Shown: positions 40,813-51,900 of the stretch, one piece after another
Position numbering within the stretch: position 1 is the first letter of the stretch
How the letters are laid out: every line of letters starts with the position of its first letter
Notes under the pieces: model-generated
What the model was told of the DNA's origin: nothing
The model's input: only the letters and a program-made list of their open reading frames with translations
Databases searched by the model: none
Translations under genes and position numbers: made by a program
Assembly: GCA_963668025.2 (NCBI GenBank)
Contig: CAXXTH010000012.1
Coordinates: forward strand, 1,537 to 65,536
Source: Candidatus Hydrogenedentota bacterium
GTDB taxonomy: Bacteria > Hydrogenedentota > Hydrogenedentia > Hydrogenedentales > SLHB01
Length of the DNA: 64,000 nucleotides
Reading direction: 5' to 3'

Positions 40813-43800
40813 CTATCGATTTAAGAGGTTCTTTTTCGCTAACAAACCTATCCCCGCCACCGCGCCCGCATGGGCCAGCGGGCCAAGAGGAAAGGCGGTT
40901 TGCCCTTGTTCGCCGCTAACGGATAGCGCTAGGTCTTCTCCGGGCCGCAGCGTTACTTCCCGTTCCGTTCCCACATCGAGCAAATCGCCGTTGCGCATAT
41001 GAAATGCGGTGTGGAGCCCTTCCGGGGCATAGACCGTATGCACGCGCACTTTCCGGGATTCGCGCACCACCTTAGGCAGCGTTTCGCCGCCGCAATCCAC
41101 CGTGACCGCCACGCCGGATTTCGGCTCCGCGAGGTCGTGGGCGCGCAACCGGTATAACCGCCCGCTCTCGAGCGACGCTTCCGCGTTCACCCACACCCAC
41201 TGGCCATCCCGCACATGGCGCATCCAATTTTTCGCCACTTCCACCCATAAATCGCCTTCTTTCCGTTCGAGCGTGAGGCATACCCGCGCACCGCCGTTGA
41301 AGGGGATATCCGTTGCGGCGTAATGGGCCTGCACACCAGCTTTGCTGAATGGCGCCGCTGGAGTGAATTCCCACATATTGGCGGACGAAGCGCCCGGGGC
41401 TGCTTCCACGGATTCACGTACGGCTTCGATGTTGAAGTTGTATACACCGCCCTGGCTGCCCACATTGTCAATGGCGATGCTGTCGAGCGCCGAGGGTACG
41501 CGTGGATTCAGGGACAAGCCGCCTGGCCGCAATTCCGCGCCCAGATATGCGGCCACTTGCGCTTCTCCCAGCGAACCGTTGCTCGGGAAAATCTCCCGGT
41601 ATCCCTCGATATCCGCCCGGTTCACATTCGGCTCGCCGAAATGCCAGCGGCCACGGCCGCCGGGATCATCATACGTGCGCCCGCCGGTGAGCCGGTCGGG
41701 GCTGGCGAACCGGGCAAGCACCTGCTCGTTCCGCTCATGCATGTTATCCATCGAGAGATACTTCGCGCGCACGGTGAGATCACGGGCCTCATACATCAGG
41801 CGCGTGCCGCCGTTTGACAATACTTCCATGTACGGCAGCTTGCCCGTGATGCCGACCCAGCCGTCGATTTCATTTGTGTTATACGGCGGAGAGATCTGCC
41901 AGATGCTATAGATGTCTTCCTGCCATGGCCCTGCGGGGTCACTCTTCCAGTATCCGGTATCAAGCCACCAAATGATATCCCGCGCTTGAGCGCGCGACGT
42001 GATGCCGAAGTCCGCCGCTTCGAGATTGTAATACGTAAAGCCAAAATCATGAATGACGCCGTCCCAGTCACGGCAGCCAAAATACCGGTTGAAGGTCTTG
42101 CCGTTCTCCTGCACGCCATACCAGAAGGTGCGGTTATAGGCCTCTTTTGCGCGGCGTTCGAGTTCGAGGAAATGTTCAGTGGCGTTTGCGTCGCCGCGCA
42201 TGGAAGCCATATAGGCCATGGCCTTGCACGCGGGGGGATACCACAAGCCCATCAAGGCGTCATAACCGCCGCCGAGGCATTCGTGAAACGAATTCTGCAT
42301 CGTCACCAGCGAACGCCCCGATTTCTGGTTCGCGATGTTGTATTCGGGGTCGTTTTGGTAATACGACACATCCGTGGTTTTCGCCCCGGTGTATTCATAC
42401 AGATAATTAAAAATGACCTGCATCTCGTCATATATCGAGCCCGAGAAGGGGCCGAATGAAGCTTCGCCCCCAACGTAATTCCCTTCGGCTTCCGTCCACC
42501 AAAATATGCCCGGTCCAAAATAATCCTTGCCGCTGCGCATGTCATAAACGCGCACTTCGTATTGGCCAGGCTCGGCCTGTTCGGTAAGGTCTGCCGATAC
42601 ATATTGGCTGTTCATGCCTTGGCTGAGCGGGCGCTGGATATCCGCAAAGACTTTATTATCCGAAAGCCGCGTGACGGTAATGCGGGCAGTCACGCTGGTG
42701 GGCGCGCCAGCGGGGGCTGTTCCCGTGCCCAGGCGGAGTGTCACCTTAGAGAACGGTTTGCGGGTGGTGAACGACTGGCCAAGGCTGAACACTTTGGATG
42801 GCGTTTTGCCATCGAGCCGCTTGTCGCCGGCCGCGAGGACATGATGCTGCATGGATGCGTTTTCGCCGCATAAAGGCTGCGCTTCTTCCCCATCGGTCTT
42901 GACCCATCGCTCCGGGCGCACGTCCAGGATCGAGGCGTCCCCCGTGGACATGACATATTCCGACAGCGCGATAATGAACATGGCGTTGACGTGCAGGAAG
43001 CGCATGTCATATGCGCCATTATTCGCGGGGATATTGAGCAACGCGCCCGCGCCATAATCGGGGTAAGTTCCCCAATTGAAGATCATGCCGAAGTGCTCGA
43101 AGCGGTCATAACCGATCAGCGGAAGATTGCTCAGGAAACCGCGCCGCAATACTTCATCGTAGTTGCTCCGGGTATCCACAAACCGGAATGTACGCACGGC
43201 GTCGAACACCCACTCGCCGTTGAACATGGTTTCAGGGTGCCAGCCTATCGCCATCTGAAGCAGGTCCGTAGCCAGCGGAGAAGCGTCCGCAGCCTTGCCG
43301 GTTTGATCAAAGGTGACATTGAAGGAAGGCGAGAACGCCATTTGAGGCCGTTGCGGCACGCACGGAATATCCGACTCGGAAGGCAGCGCGCGGACCTCTA
43401 CGGGATTTGGTGTCACTCCCCACTTCAAGGAGAGGAAATTTTCACCCACCTCCGGGAAAGCCGCTGTCTGGCCTGGACAGTTCACACTCAGAACGCCGCC
43501 GATCTCCGGTTCGCCCACGACCCAGAAGGTGTTGCCGTTCAACAGGTTCAACCACAAGCCATGAGCGCCGATGGGCAGGCGCTTGAAATACTCGATGAAC
43601 AAGGTTTGGCTGTTGCTGGTAAGGAATTTGCGTATTGGCATGACATGGGATGCGCCTCCCGCCACCTGGGGTTCGGGATAGAGCATGTGCGCATCCGCGT
43701 CGTAATACCCCGCCCGATCAAAGGGAAATGGCCACGACACCCCGCCCGCCGCCGTGTCGAAGAGCAGGCGGTCGTCCTCGATACGAGGATTCGACACCCC

Positions 43801-44034
43801 TGTGATGCTTTTCCCGTCCGCTACGAGATTTGAACCATATGCGCCCTGCCCCGTGGCGTCGATGCGCAGCGAAGTGATATTCGGCGAAGTATACATAACG
43901 TCGAAATAGCCATTTTGTAATCTGGGCATTTCCTGTTCCATGGCGTTCTCTCCCCACGCGAGTAATGACAGTAACAACAGGAATACAGACAAACCTAAAC
44001 CATGCCTATTCATCCGTCGTCTTGGATATTGCAT
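40813..44034 (-). CDS. Very large secreted hypothetical protein (1073 aa) with C-terminal hydrophobic/basic tail
   Basis: Signal peptide RHGLGLSVFLLLLSLLAWG and a continuous 1073-aa ORF. The C-terminus is ...PLGPLAHAGAVAGIGLLAKKNLLNR. I recognise no family. Confidence 0.55.
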   Translation of the reverse strand: MQYPRRRMNRHGLGLSVFLLLLSLLAWGENAMEQEMPRLQNGYFDVMYTSPNITSLRIDATGQGAYGSNLVADGKSITGVSNPRIEDDRLLFDTAAGGVSWPFPFDRAGYYDADAHMLYPEPQVAGGASHVMPIRKFLTSNSQTLFIEYFKRLPIGAHGLWLNLLNGNTFWVVGEPEIGGVLSVNCPGQTAAFPEVGENFLSLKWGVTPNPVEVRALPSESDIPCVPQRPQMAFSPSFNVTFDQTGKAADASPLATDLLQMAIGWHPETMFNGEWVFDAVRTFRFVDTRSNYDEVLRRGFLSNLPLIGYDRFEHFGMIFNWGTYPDYGAGALLNIPANNGAYDMRFLHVNAMFIIALSEYVMSTGDASILDVRPERWVKTDGEEAQPLCGENASMQHHVLAAGDKRLDGKTPSKVFSLGQSFTTRKPFSKVTLRLGTGTAPAGAPTSVTARITVTRLSDNKVFADIQRPLSQGMNSQYVSADLTEQAEPGQYEVRVYDMRSGKDYFGPGIFWWTEAEGNYVGGEASFGPFSGSIYDEMQVIFNYLYEYTGAKTTDVSYYQNDPEYNIANQKSGRSLVTMQNSFHECLGGGYDALMGLWYPPACKAMAYMASMRGDANATEHFLELERRAKEAYNRTFWYGVQENGKTFNRYFGCRDWDGVIHDFGFTYYNLEAADFGITSRAQARDIIWWLDTGYWKSDPAGPWQEDIYSIWQISPPYNTNEIDGWVGITGKLPYMEVLSNGGTRLMYEARDLTVRAKYLSMDNMHERNEQVLARFASPDRLTGGRTYDDPGGRGRWHFGEPNVNRADIEGYREIFPSNGSLGEAQVAAYLGAELRPGGLSLNPRVPSALDSIAIDNVGSQGGVYNFNIEAVRESVEAAPGASSANMWEFTPAAPFSKAGVQAHYAATDIPFNGGARVCLTLERKEGDLWVEVAKNWMRHVRDGQWVWVNAEASLESGRLYRLRAHDLAEPKSGVAVTVDCGGETLPKVVRESRKVRVHTVYAPEGLHTAFHMRNGDLLDVGTEREVTLRPGEDLALSVSGEQGQTAFPLGPLAHAGAVAGIGLLAKKNLLNR

Positions 44035-44203
44035 CCTTATCCCCTCCGAAAATGAGCTGCTTGGATACTGGAACCGCGAATGGATGCGAATGAACGCAAA
44101 TGAGGGAAACGTTGGCGCTCATCTTGCCATTCAACAAGGCAAGCGCCTTTCATGGCTCGTCATTCATTGCGCCCATTCGCATCCAAGGCTAATGGCATAT
44201 CCT

Positions 44204-46918
44204 CTATCGCACTTGTATCCGGACCGGCCCGAAAAGGCCGCTGCGGCGGCGTTCCGGGAAATCACCACCTCCATTGAGCGGCTTATCGTTAAAGTATGGG
44301 AACTGGGCCATGTAGTTCGAGAGCGTATTCGCAACGCGCACCTCGAATTGGTTCACGCCCGGGCGCACCTTGCCAGTGATATCGAGTTCATAAGGTTCGA
44401 AGAATTTTATACCCGCCGGTTGGCCGTTCACGATGACTTCCACCGTGTTATGCACCTCGCCTAAATCGAGCAGCACGCGGCCCGTGGCCGCTTCCTCGGG
44501 TAATACCGCTTCAAAGGCATAACAGCCGATGCCCGAGAAATGGGCAAGGCCTTGCTCGCTCCAATCACCCGCGTTCAACTGTGCGGGAATGGCCAGTGGG
44601 GTAGTGTGTGATGGCGCATACCCTTCGGCGTCTTCGGCGAAATTCCAAGCGATCTCAGGACGCCGGAACGTTTCTTCCGCTGAAAATGTGAATGGCCCGG
44701 AGATCTCGATGGCCTGGGCGGCGCACGGGCTTTCAATCGGTTTCACCGCTCCGTCGCGGTGGAACGCCAGCACCTGCATGGCATACGGCGCGAAAGCCAG
44801 CCGCAGCCACGTGTATCCCTGCCCGGCGTGCTCGGGAGCCATTGGCGTGCATGCCCCCGTCTCCGCATCCCACAACTCCACGGCGCCCTCCGCTTTCAAG
44901 CGGATGCACGTCTCGCAAGGGGCGTCCGTATAGTTGAATACAAGGAAAACATCGCCGTCGTCCAGGATGCGGTGGAACGCCACGAAACGGCCAGGCCCTT
45001 CCCACTGCAATTCCGGCTCGCATGCCTCGCCCAGCAGTGCGGGCACATCGGCCACGGTTGGTGCGAATCCGGCTCGGCCGCCCGACGGGTGGGCATGCCA
45101 GAATGGACGTTCCGATGGCCGCGCTGTTCCCAATAGGTGAACCAGCGACGACGCCACGGCGGGGTCGTCCGTTCCTTGTTCATACGAATGTTTGGGCAGC
45201 GACCCTACGAACAGCAGCGTGCCGCCCGACGCCACGAAGGCTTCCCACCGCGTAAGCAACGACACACGTACGCCGTCCACGGGTGGCGCCACCACCACAT
45301 CAAACCGTTCCGTCGCCGTCACGATCTGACCGGCGGCGCAGCAGGATTGTTCGAGGAACGCGCGGTCGTCGAGAATATCGAAGTCATACCCCGCGAAGCG
45401 GATGGCGTCGCCGAGGGCGTTGAAGGATTTCGAGCGTTCGCGCAAGGTGTCGTGGTCCCAGGCATGGGTCCAGATGTCCACTTCGGGATATGCGAGCGCC
45501 ACCTGGGCGCGATGGCCGCTCCCGGCGGTGAGGGAGCACACCCGCGCCTCGTAATCGGCGAAAGGCCGTATGTGGTCCCAGTAAGGCTGTTGGTAGCTCA
45601 AGCCGGGAGGATAGAATGTCGTCCGGTTTATCCCGCGCAGCGAATATTTATAACAGATGGGCACTTGCATGCTGATGCCGTTGACATGCTCCCAGTTCAC
45701 GATGCGGCGCATATCGCGCGGCGTGATGCCCCAGCCCGAGGCGGCGAAGGTTTCCGCCCAGGATTGATGCCGGCCCATGAGATGCGCCATCGAAGTCGGA
45801 TATTTGGGCGTGGTGGCGGGCAGATCGTGGAAGGTCTCTTCGAAGGGATGAATCCAATCCATGCCCGGCACATGCATGTAGCGGAAATGCGTGGGCAGAT
45901 TGCCCCCCTGCTGGGCGAGATGATTATAAAATTCTTCCTCGATCACCAAATGCCCGCTCGATAGCATGCCGCGTTCTTCACAGAAGCGGTAGATTTGGCC
46001 GAAGTAATTCTCGCTGTACAAATAACAGCAGGTCTCCCAATACCGGCATTGGAAACGCAGGCGCTCGGGGCCTGCCGGGTGGTACAACAGCGGCAGGTTG
46101 CGCCGCCATGGCATGCTATGGCGCGCTTCGAAGGTTTTCTCGAGTTCGGGCGTGAAGGGCATGGAAGGATACCACGGGAACCGTTCCCATTCGATCATCG
46201 AGAGGGAAAAGGCAGGTTCGTCGGTGAAGAATCCCGTGATGGATGCGCCTGGAATCGCCTTGACGCGCTCCTCATGGCCGCCATACACCCAGCTCACGAA
46301 TTCACCCATGGCTTCGCGGCTCATCAAGTCGCCATACACATCAATGAGCAAGCCTAGGCCTTTCCGTGCCGTGTACAGGGCGACGGTCCAATTGCCTGCG
46401 GGCGCATCCCATTCTAGACGGCCTTCATTTACTAGGGGCGTCAAATCCGTGAGGGTGTCTTCGATGAGTTGATTGTCTTCGAGCTGGAATGCGGACGCTG
46501 CGACGAAGCCGCCTTCCCCCGCTTCGAGGCTCACATGCGAGCCGCCTGCATGGGCCGACTCGGCGCAATGCAAGTATTTCCAGGAATAATCCGGATAGCG
46601 CTCCACCAATTGGCCGCCGATGGACCCCGAAGGCCAGTCTTCTTCGTCGTAGGCCCAGAACGCCAGCCCATACTCCGCGCATAGCCGCGCGGTCATGTCT
46701 ACAACCTTCCACCACCAATCCGTGCAGAATTTCTCAGGCGCGCCTTCCTGGAAATACTCGCAACAGAGAAATACGCCGCCGAATCCTTGTGTTTTCAATG
46801 ATTGAAGCTGGTAGCGCAAGTGTTCTTCGCTTATTTCATCATTGATGCGCAACAGAGGGGTCATGCGGTATTCGCGGGAAGGATTTTGGAAGGATGAGTG
46901 CAGCTCAGTAAGTTTCAT
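44204..46918 (-). CDS. Glycoside hydrolase-like protein with C-terminal jelly-roll (GH2 sugar-binding-like) domain, GH106-like N-terminal region
   Basis: N-terminal FQNPSREYRMTPLLRINDEISEEHLRYQLQSLKTQGFGGVF...WAYDEEDWPSGSIGG. C-terminal ...VEVIVNGQPAGIKFFEPYELDITGKVRPGVNQFEVRVANTL. There is no signal peptide. Confidence 0.65.
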   Translation of the reverse strand: MKLTELHSSFQNPSREYRMTPLLRINDEISEEHLRYQLQSLKTQGFGGVFLCCEYFQEGAPEKFCTDWWWKVVDMTARLCAEYGLAFWAYDEEDWPSGSIGGQLVERYPDYSWKYLHCAESAHAGGSHVSLEAGEGGFVAASAFQLEDNQLIEDTLTDLTPLVNEGRLEWDAPAGNWTVALYTARKGLGLLIDVYGDLMSREAMGEFVSWVYGGHEERVKAIPGASITGFFTDEPAFSLSMIEWERFPWYPSMPFTPELEKTFEARHSMPWRRNLPLLYHPAGPERLRFQCRYWETCCYLYSENYFGQIYRFCEERGMLSSGHLVIEEEFYNHLAQQGGNLPTHFRYMHVPGMDWIHPFEETFHDLPATTPKYPTSMAHLMGRHQSWAETFAASGWGITPRDMRRIVNWEHVNGISMQVPICYKYSLRGINRTTFYPPGLSYQQPYWDHIRPFADYEARVCSLTAGSGHRAQVALAYPEVDIWTHAWDHDTLRERSKSFNALGDAIRFAGYDFDILDDRAFLEQSCCAAGQIVTATERFDVVVAPPVDGVRVSLLTRWEAFVASGGTLLFVGSLPKHSYEQGTDDPAVASSLVHLLGTARPSERPFWHAHPSGGRAGFAPTVADVPALLGEACEPELQWEGPGRFVAFHRILDDGDVFLVFNYTDAPCETCIRLKAEGAVELWDAETGACTPMAPEHAGQGYTWLRLAFAPYAMQVLAFHRDGAVKPIESPCAAQAIEISGPFTFSAEETFRRPEIAWNFAEDAEGYAPSHTTPLAIPAQLNAGDWSEQGLAHFSGIGCYAFEAVLPEEAATGRVLLDLGEVHNTVEVIVNGQPAGIKFFEPYELDITGKVRPGVNQFEVRVANTLSNYMAQFPYFNDKPLNGGGDFPERRRSGLFGPVRIQVR

Positions 46919-47271
46919 ATGCCGCTCCTGGTTGCCGGGGCGCTCATGGAAGCCCCAGAGGTTCTAGGATTCTCGGAAGCATCGATTGAAACAATGATAC
47001 ACTAAGTGTGCATAAATATCAACAATCATTCATGATTCGCTATGCAGCCGCCCAGGTTTCCATAAGAAGTTCCAAATGAACAAAAAACGCCCATTTTCGG
47101 CCACAACCGCTAGATGGGGTTCCGGGTTATGGAAAGGCTCGGGTTTCGTTCATGCGATTTTGCTTGAAAAACCACCCTTTTCGTGTTATGGTTGTGCGCG
47201 TTCATGCATGATCGCGCACGATATGGCTTATCGGTCGCATGCGATGCTGGAGTGGCAAGGATGAAGACGCC

Positions 47272-48105
47272 ATGACATTGCCAAACCTTTGCTCGGTCTT
47301 ACAGGAAATGGAAGCGGATTTTGGACGGCGGGCCGCCGAATTGGCCCCATATGACGCCCTTGCGTGGGTGGGGTATCCGGCGCGGTCTCATGTTTCCTGG
47401 CCTGATGCCATTGCGGCCGCCGATGCGCTCGAGGCGGGGCCGATCCACCGCGCCCTTTTGTCGCATACGGCGGGGATGCTTCACGACCCGATTGCGGGCA
47501 ACCGCATGCTCGCGGAAGTGTTGCAGGCGCTGCCCGGCTGCCACGGCGTGATGTCGTTACTGCCTGGAACGCTTCAACCCGATTGGGATATCCGCGCACA
47601 CATTGATGTTTGTTTTCGCGCGGGCATGCGCGCGGCGCGGTTATTGCCGAAGTTGCACCGGTACACGCTGAAAACACCCGGCATGCAGGAACTCTTCGAG
47701 GCGCTGGCCGTTCGCCGGATTCCGCTATTTCTGCCTATCGGGCAAACCTCTTGGGATGAACTGGGCGCTATCGCCTTGGCTTACCCTAAACTGAATATCC
47801 TGGCCGAATCGGCGGGCCACCACGAATACCTCAATATGCGCGCGGCTTTGCCTTGGCTCGAAAAAGTGTCGAATGTGTTCGTACCCACGAACCGGCAGTT
47901 TCTAGCGGGTGGTATCGAGCTGCTCGTGGAACGCCTCGGGGCGCACCGGGTGCTGTTTGCGTCCGGCCAGCCCATCGAGGATCCCTGGGCATCTCTTGGA
48001 CCGCTCGTGATGAACCGCCTTTCCGATGCGGCCTGCCTCCAAATCGCCCATGAAAACCTGGAACGCCTGCTCGCGGAAGCCCATGAAGGGGAGAATGCGC
48101 TATGA
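47272..48105 (+). CDS. Amidohydrolase-2-like TIM-barrel protein
   Basis: The C-terminal pattern ...HRVLFASGQPIEDPW... resembles metal-dependent hydrolases of the PF04909 type. I did not see an N-terminal HxH. It overlaps the next gene (ATGA). Confidence 0.6.
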   Translation: MTLPNLCSVLQEMEADFGRRAAELAPYDALAWVGYPARSHVSWPDAIAAADALEAGPIHRALLSHTAGMLHDPIAGNRMLAEVLQALPGCHGVMSLLPGTLQPDWDIRAHIDVCFRAGMRAARLLPKLHRYTLKTPGMQELFEALAVRRIPLFLPIGQTSWDELGAIALAYPKLNILAESAGHHEYLNMRAALPWLEKVSNVFVPTNRQFLAGGIELLVERLGAHRVLFASGQPIEDPWASLGPLVMNRLSDAACLQIAHENLERLLAEAHEGENAL

Positions 48106-48878
48106 CGGCCCCATTTATCATCGACGCCCACGCCCATCTGGGCCCTACCCAGGCATTTGAAGCCTATCACGGCGGAATGGACGCCATGATAGCCGCTATG
48201 GATCTCCTCCATATCGAGACCACGATCTTTTCCGCCATGCCGTCCCTCGAAAACGAGTTCGAGGAAGGGTATCGCTTGTCTATCGAAGCCATGGAACGTT
48301 TTCCGGGCCGGTTCCGCGCCTATGCGGTTTTCAATCCCAATTGGCTCGAACCTTCGATGCACTACATCGAGCGTTTGATGGCGCATCCCGGTTTCGCTGG
48401 TATTAAGATCCATCCCGCCATGCATGCCATGGACCCGATAGACGCGCGATACCAGCCGTTATGGGAAATGGCGGACGAACACAAGCTGGCCGTGCTCGCC
48501 CATACCTGGAGCCCTGATCCCGCCAAACCCGTGCAGAACCTTTCCGTTCCCGAGCGCTTCGCGCCGGTTCTCGAACGCTATACGCGCCTGCGCGTGATCC
48601 TGGGCCATTTCGGCGGCAGGGACGTGGGTATGCGGCAGGCTATCGCCCTCATGAACGCCTATTCCCACTGCTACGCGGATCTTTCTGGCGATTGCTGGGA
48701 AATGGGCCAGCTCGAATGGCTTTGCGCACAGACGGACCCATCGCGCATTTTATTCGGCACGGACATGAACTGGATCGAAGGGCGGTATGTCTTCGGGCAT
48801 GTGCTCAAGGCCCGGTTGTCTCCGGAAATCAAGCTGGCCATATTCCGCGAAAACGCCCTGCGGCTATTCGGCGGATGA
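48102..48878 (+). CDS. Amidohydrolase family protein (metal-dependent TIM-barrel hydrolase)
   Basis: IIDAHAHLG near the N-terminus, then GIKIHPAMH, VILGHFGG and ILFGTDM. Confidence 0.8.
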   Translation: MTAPFIIDAHAHLGPTQAFEAYHGGMDAMIAAMDLLHIETTIFSAMPSLENEFEEGYRLSIEAMERFPGRFRAYAVFNPNWLEPSMHYIERLMAHPGFAGIKIHPAMHAMDPIDARYQPLWEMADEHKLAVLAHTWSPDPAKPVQNLSVPERFAPVLERYTRLRVILGHFGGRDVGMRQAIALMNAYSHCYADLSGDCWEMGQLEWLCAQTDPSRILFGTDMNWIEGRYVFGHVLKARLSPEIKLAIFRENALRLFGG

Positions 48879-48935
48879 TCCATCCGATCCGTCCGCTCCG
48901 TCCGATAATCTGAAACCTTCAAGGGGGATGCTATC

Positions 48936-51900
48936 ATGAATGCTGTTGGGCAAACTCGAGATAATCTAGACGCCTTTCGCCCTGTCTTGATGTGGTTCTG
49001 GAACGCCTCACTGAATGAAGCAGAAATCCGCCGCCAAATAGCGATGTTTGAACAAGCCCGCATCCGCGAGTTCTTCATTCACCCTCTCTATGGCCTCGAG
49101 GTTCCCTACTTGTCGGATGCCTATTTCGATGCCTTCGGCGTGGCTATTGACGAAGCGCGGAAACGGGGCATGCGCGTCTGGCTATATGATGAATATGCCT
49201 GGCCCAGCGGCACGGCGGGCGGCAGCGTGATTCGCGATCATCCGGAAGACCGCATGATGGCGCTTTGGCATGCCCGTTTCGAGCTCGAACCTGGTGAAGA
49301 AGCAGAGTGCGCACCGCCAGGAAATCTCGTCTCGGCGCACGTCATTCAATGGAAACAGACACTGAACGGCATTGCCGCGCAAGCGGAGCGCCTTGAAGCC
49401 CTCCCGCCTCGCTGGCGCAATGACAGCGCTGGCCGGGTGAGCCTATTGGTGTGCAGCGAACAGGCCTCGGAGGGCCTGCATCCCTCGGCCCGCTGGCGTT
49501 CGGATGCATCGAATCAGCGAGGCTCGCTCGATGGGTGTTCGCCTGAAGCCGTTCGCCATTTCATTGACGCCACGCATGAAGCCTATTACCGGCGCTTTCC
49601 AGACGCCTTCGGCACGGTCATCGCAGGCTCGTTCACGGATGAGCCGCCTCTGAATATCGGCTGGGTCTTGCAGCCTATCGGTTCCTTCACCGGCCTGCCA
49701 TGGCATCGCGGCCTGCTAGAGGCGTTTGAAAAGGAAATGGGTTACAACCTGGCGGACAAGCTGCATGAACTCACCTTTCCCATCGGGAATTATGTACGCA
49801 CACGTTGTGATTACTGGCGGTACCTTACCCAGCGCTTCGAAAACGCCTACTTCCGCCAAATAAGCGAGTGGTGCCAGCAGCACGGCATCGCCTTGACCGG
49901 GCACGTCAACGCGGAAGAAAGCCTGATCGCGACGCTGTTATGCACCGGCGATTGGTCCGCGGCCCTCAAATGGTTCCATGTCCCCGGTATCGATAACATC
50001 CTGTCCCGGCAGCAGCTTGGCACGGACGCCTCGGTTCCACCCGCCAAACAAGTGTCCAGCCTGGCCAGCCAGCTTGGACGCGAGCGGACACTGTGCGAAA
50101 CCTATTCTGGAAGCGGATGGAACACCACGTTTCTCGATATGAAACGCATTCTGGACCGCCTGGCCGTCCTCGGCGTAAATCAGATCCAGTATATGGGCGG
50201 CTATTACACCATGAAAGGTTTCCGAAAATTAAAGCCCGATGCCGGCTGGCCCCCCTCCCACTTCGAACAAAACAGTTTGTGGCCCTATTATAGCCACTTT
50301 TCGGATTATGCGGCGCGGGTATGCCTTGCGAATACCCAGGGAACGCATGCCGCCGAAGTGGCCATGCTGTATCCCATCGTGTCGGCGTGGGCGGGTTTTC
50401 AATTTGGCCACGACACCCATATGAGCACGTCCACGACGTACCGGCGGAAAATGGATTGCCTGTCCAAAACCTACGAAGGCATGGCGTGCGCGCTTCTCGA
50501 AGTGCAAGCGGATTACGAGATCTTATATGAAGACAGCCTGGCCCGCGCCACCATCGAAGATGGTTGGATTCGTTTGGATGGCGGCTTGGCCTTTTCAACC
50601 CTTATCCTGCCTGCTTGCACGGCGCTGCGCCCGCGCACACTCGAACAGATGGAGGCATTTGCCGCATCTGGCGGCCGGCTCTTGTTTGTTAACGGTCTTC
50701 CGACTCACTTTGATACGGGTGAATCCATATGTGTCCGCGTCACTCGCGCATGGAACATGGATGTCGAGGCCACGAACAGCCTCGTGATGGAAGTGATTGA
50801 CGGGGAAGTTCCGTGCGTACTGCCCGCCGATATCATCTACACCAGCGCGAACACGCCTAACGTGCGCGCCATATCCACAAATTGCCTGCAAGGCCCCGCA
50901 CGGGCCAAGCTTCAGGAAGCTTTGATTCGCGAATTGCCGGAATCCGCCCGTGTCCGCTTCGAGCCGCAGTCGGCGGCGCTAACCATTCACTGCCGACAGG
51001 TGGAGGATGCGTCGTGCGTGTTCATCGTGAACGGAGCGCCAGAATCCTATGCAGGAAGAGTTGCCATTCCACCCCATCATGCGGTGGAGTTTTATAAACC
51101 CGAAACGGACACGTGGAGCGCCGCAATGATCGAAATGCGCGGCGAAGACGCCTTTGCTACTCTCCGCCTCGCTCCATATGAAGCCGCCGTGCTTCGGCAG
51201 ACACCCGGCGCAAGCCTAGATACCGGCGCGTCCGCGCCAGAATCCAATGCATTCGTGCTGGACGGCCCTTGGACCGTAACGCCAGTATCGCCGAATCTCC
51301 TTCCGCTGTTCGCTTCCGTATTCGAGGAGGATGGCGCGCCATTGAGCCTGGAAAAAGCGGAAACGCTCGCGCCGGAGCAATTCGCACCATGTATTGACGG
51401 CCGCTTTGTTGAAGGCTATTCCATGGGCGTGAGCGAAGGAAACGGCTGGGGCGTCATGCAAGGGGCGTATCCCTTGAGCTCCTTCGTAAAAGGAAAGGCA
51501 TATTGGGTGCGAGCCGAGTTTGATGTCCTTTCCGCGCCTGAAGGCATGCGGCTCGTCACGGAGGCATTGGGGCAGACCGTAATTGCGTTAAATGGCCGTC
51601 CGTTGTGTTTATCACCATGCCGGGATTGGGATGAAAGCAACCTAGGCGCATGCGTGGATGGCATGCTTCAGCCCGGGCGTAACATCTTACTTATGCGCCT
51701 CGTTATGCCCGAATGGGAAGGCCCCCATGCCCTGCCCTTCACCGCGCTGTGCGGTCCGTTCCAACTGGATGCCCAGCACCGGATTATCCTGCCGCTGCCG
51801 ATACGTGAAACCGGCGACTGGTGCGGGCAAGGATATCCATTTTATTCCGGGACGATGTCCTACCGGCAGACATTCACGTTTTCAGGTTCGGAAGGCGTTC

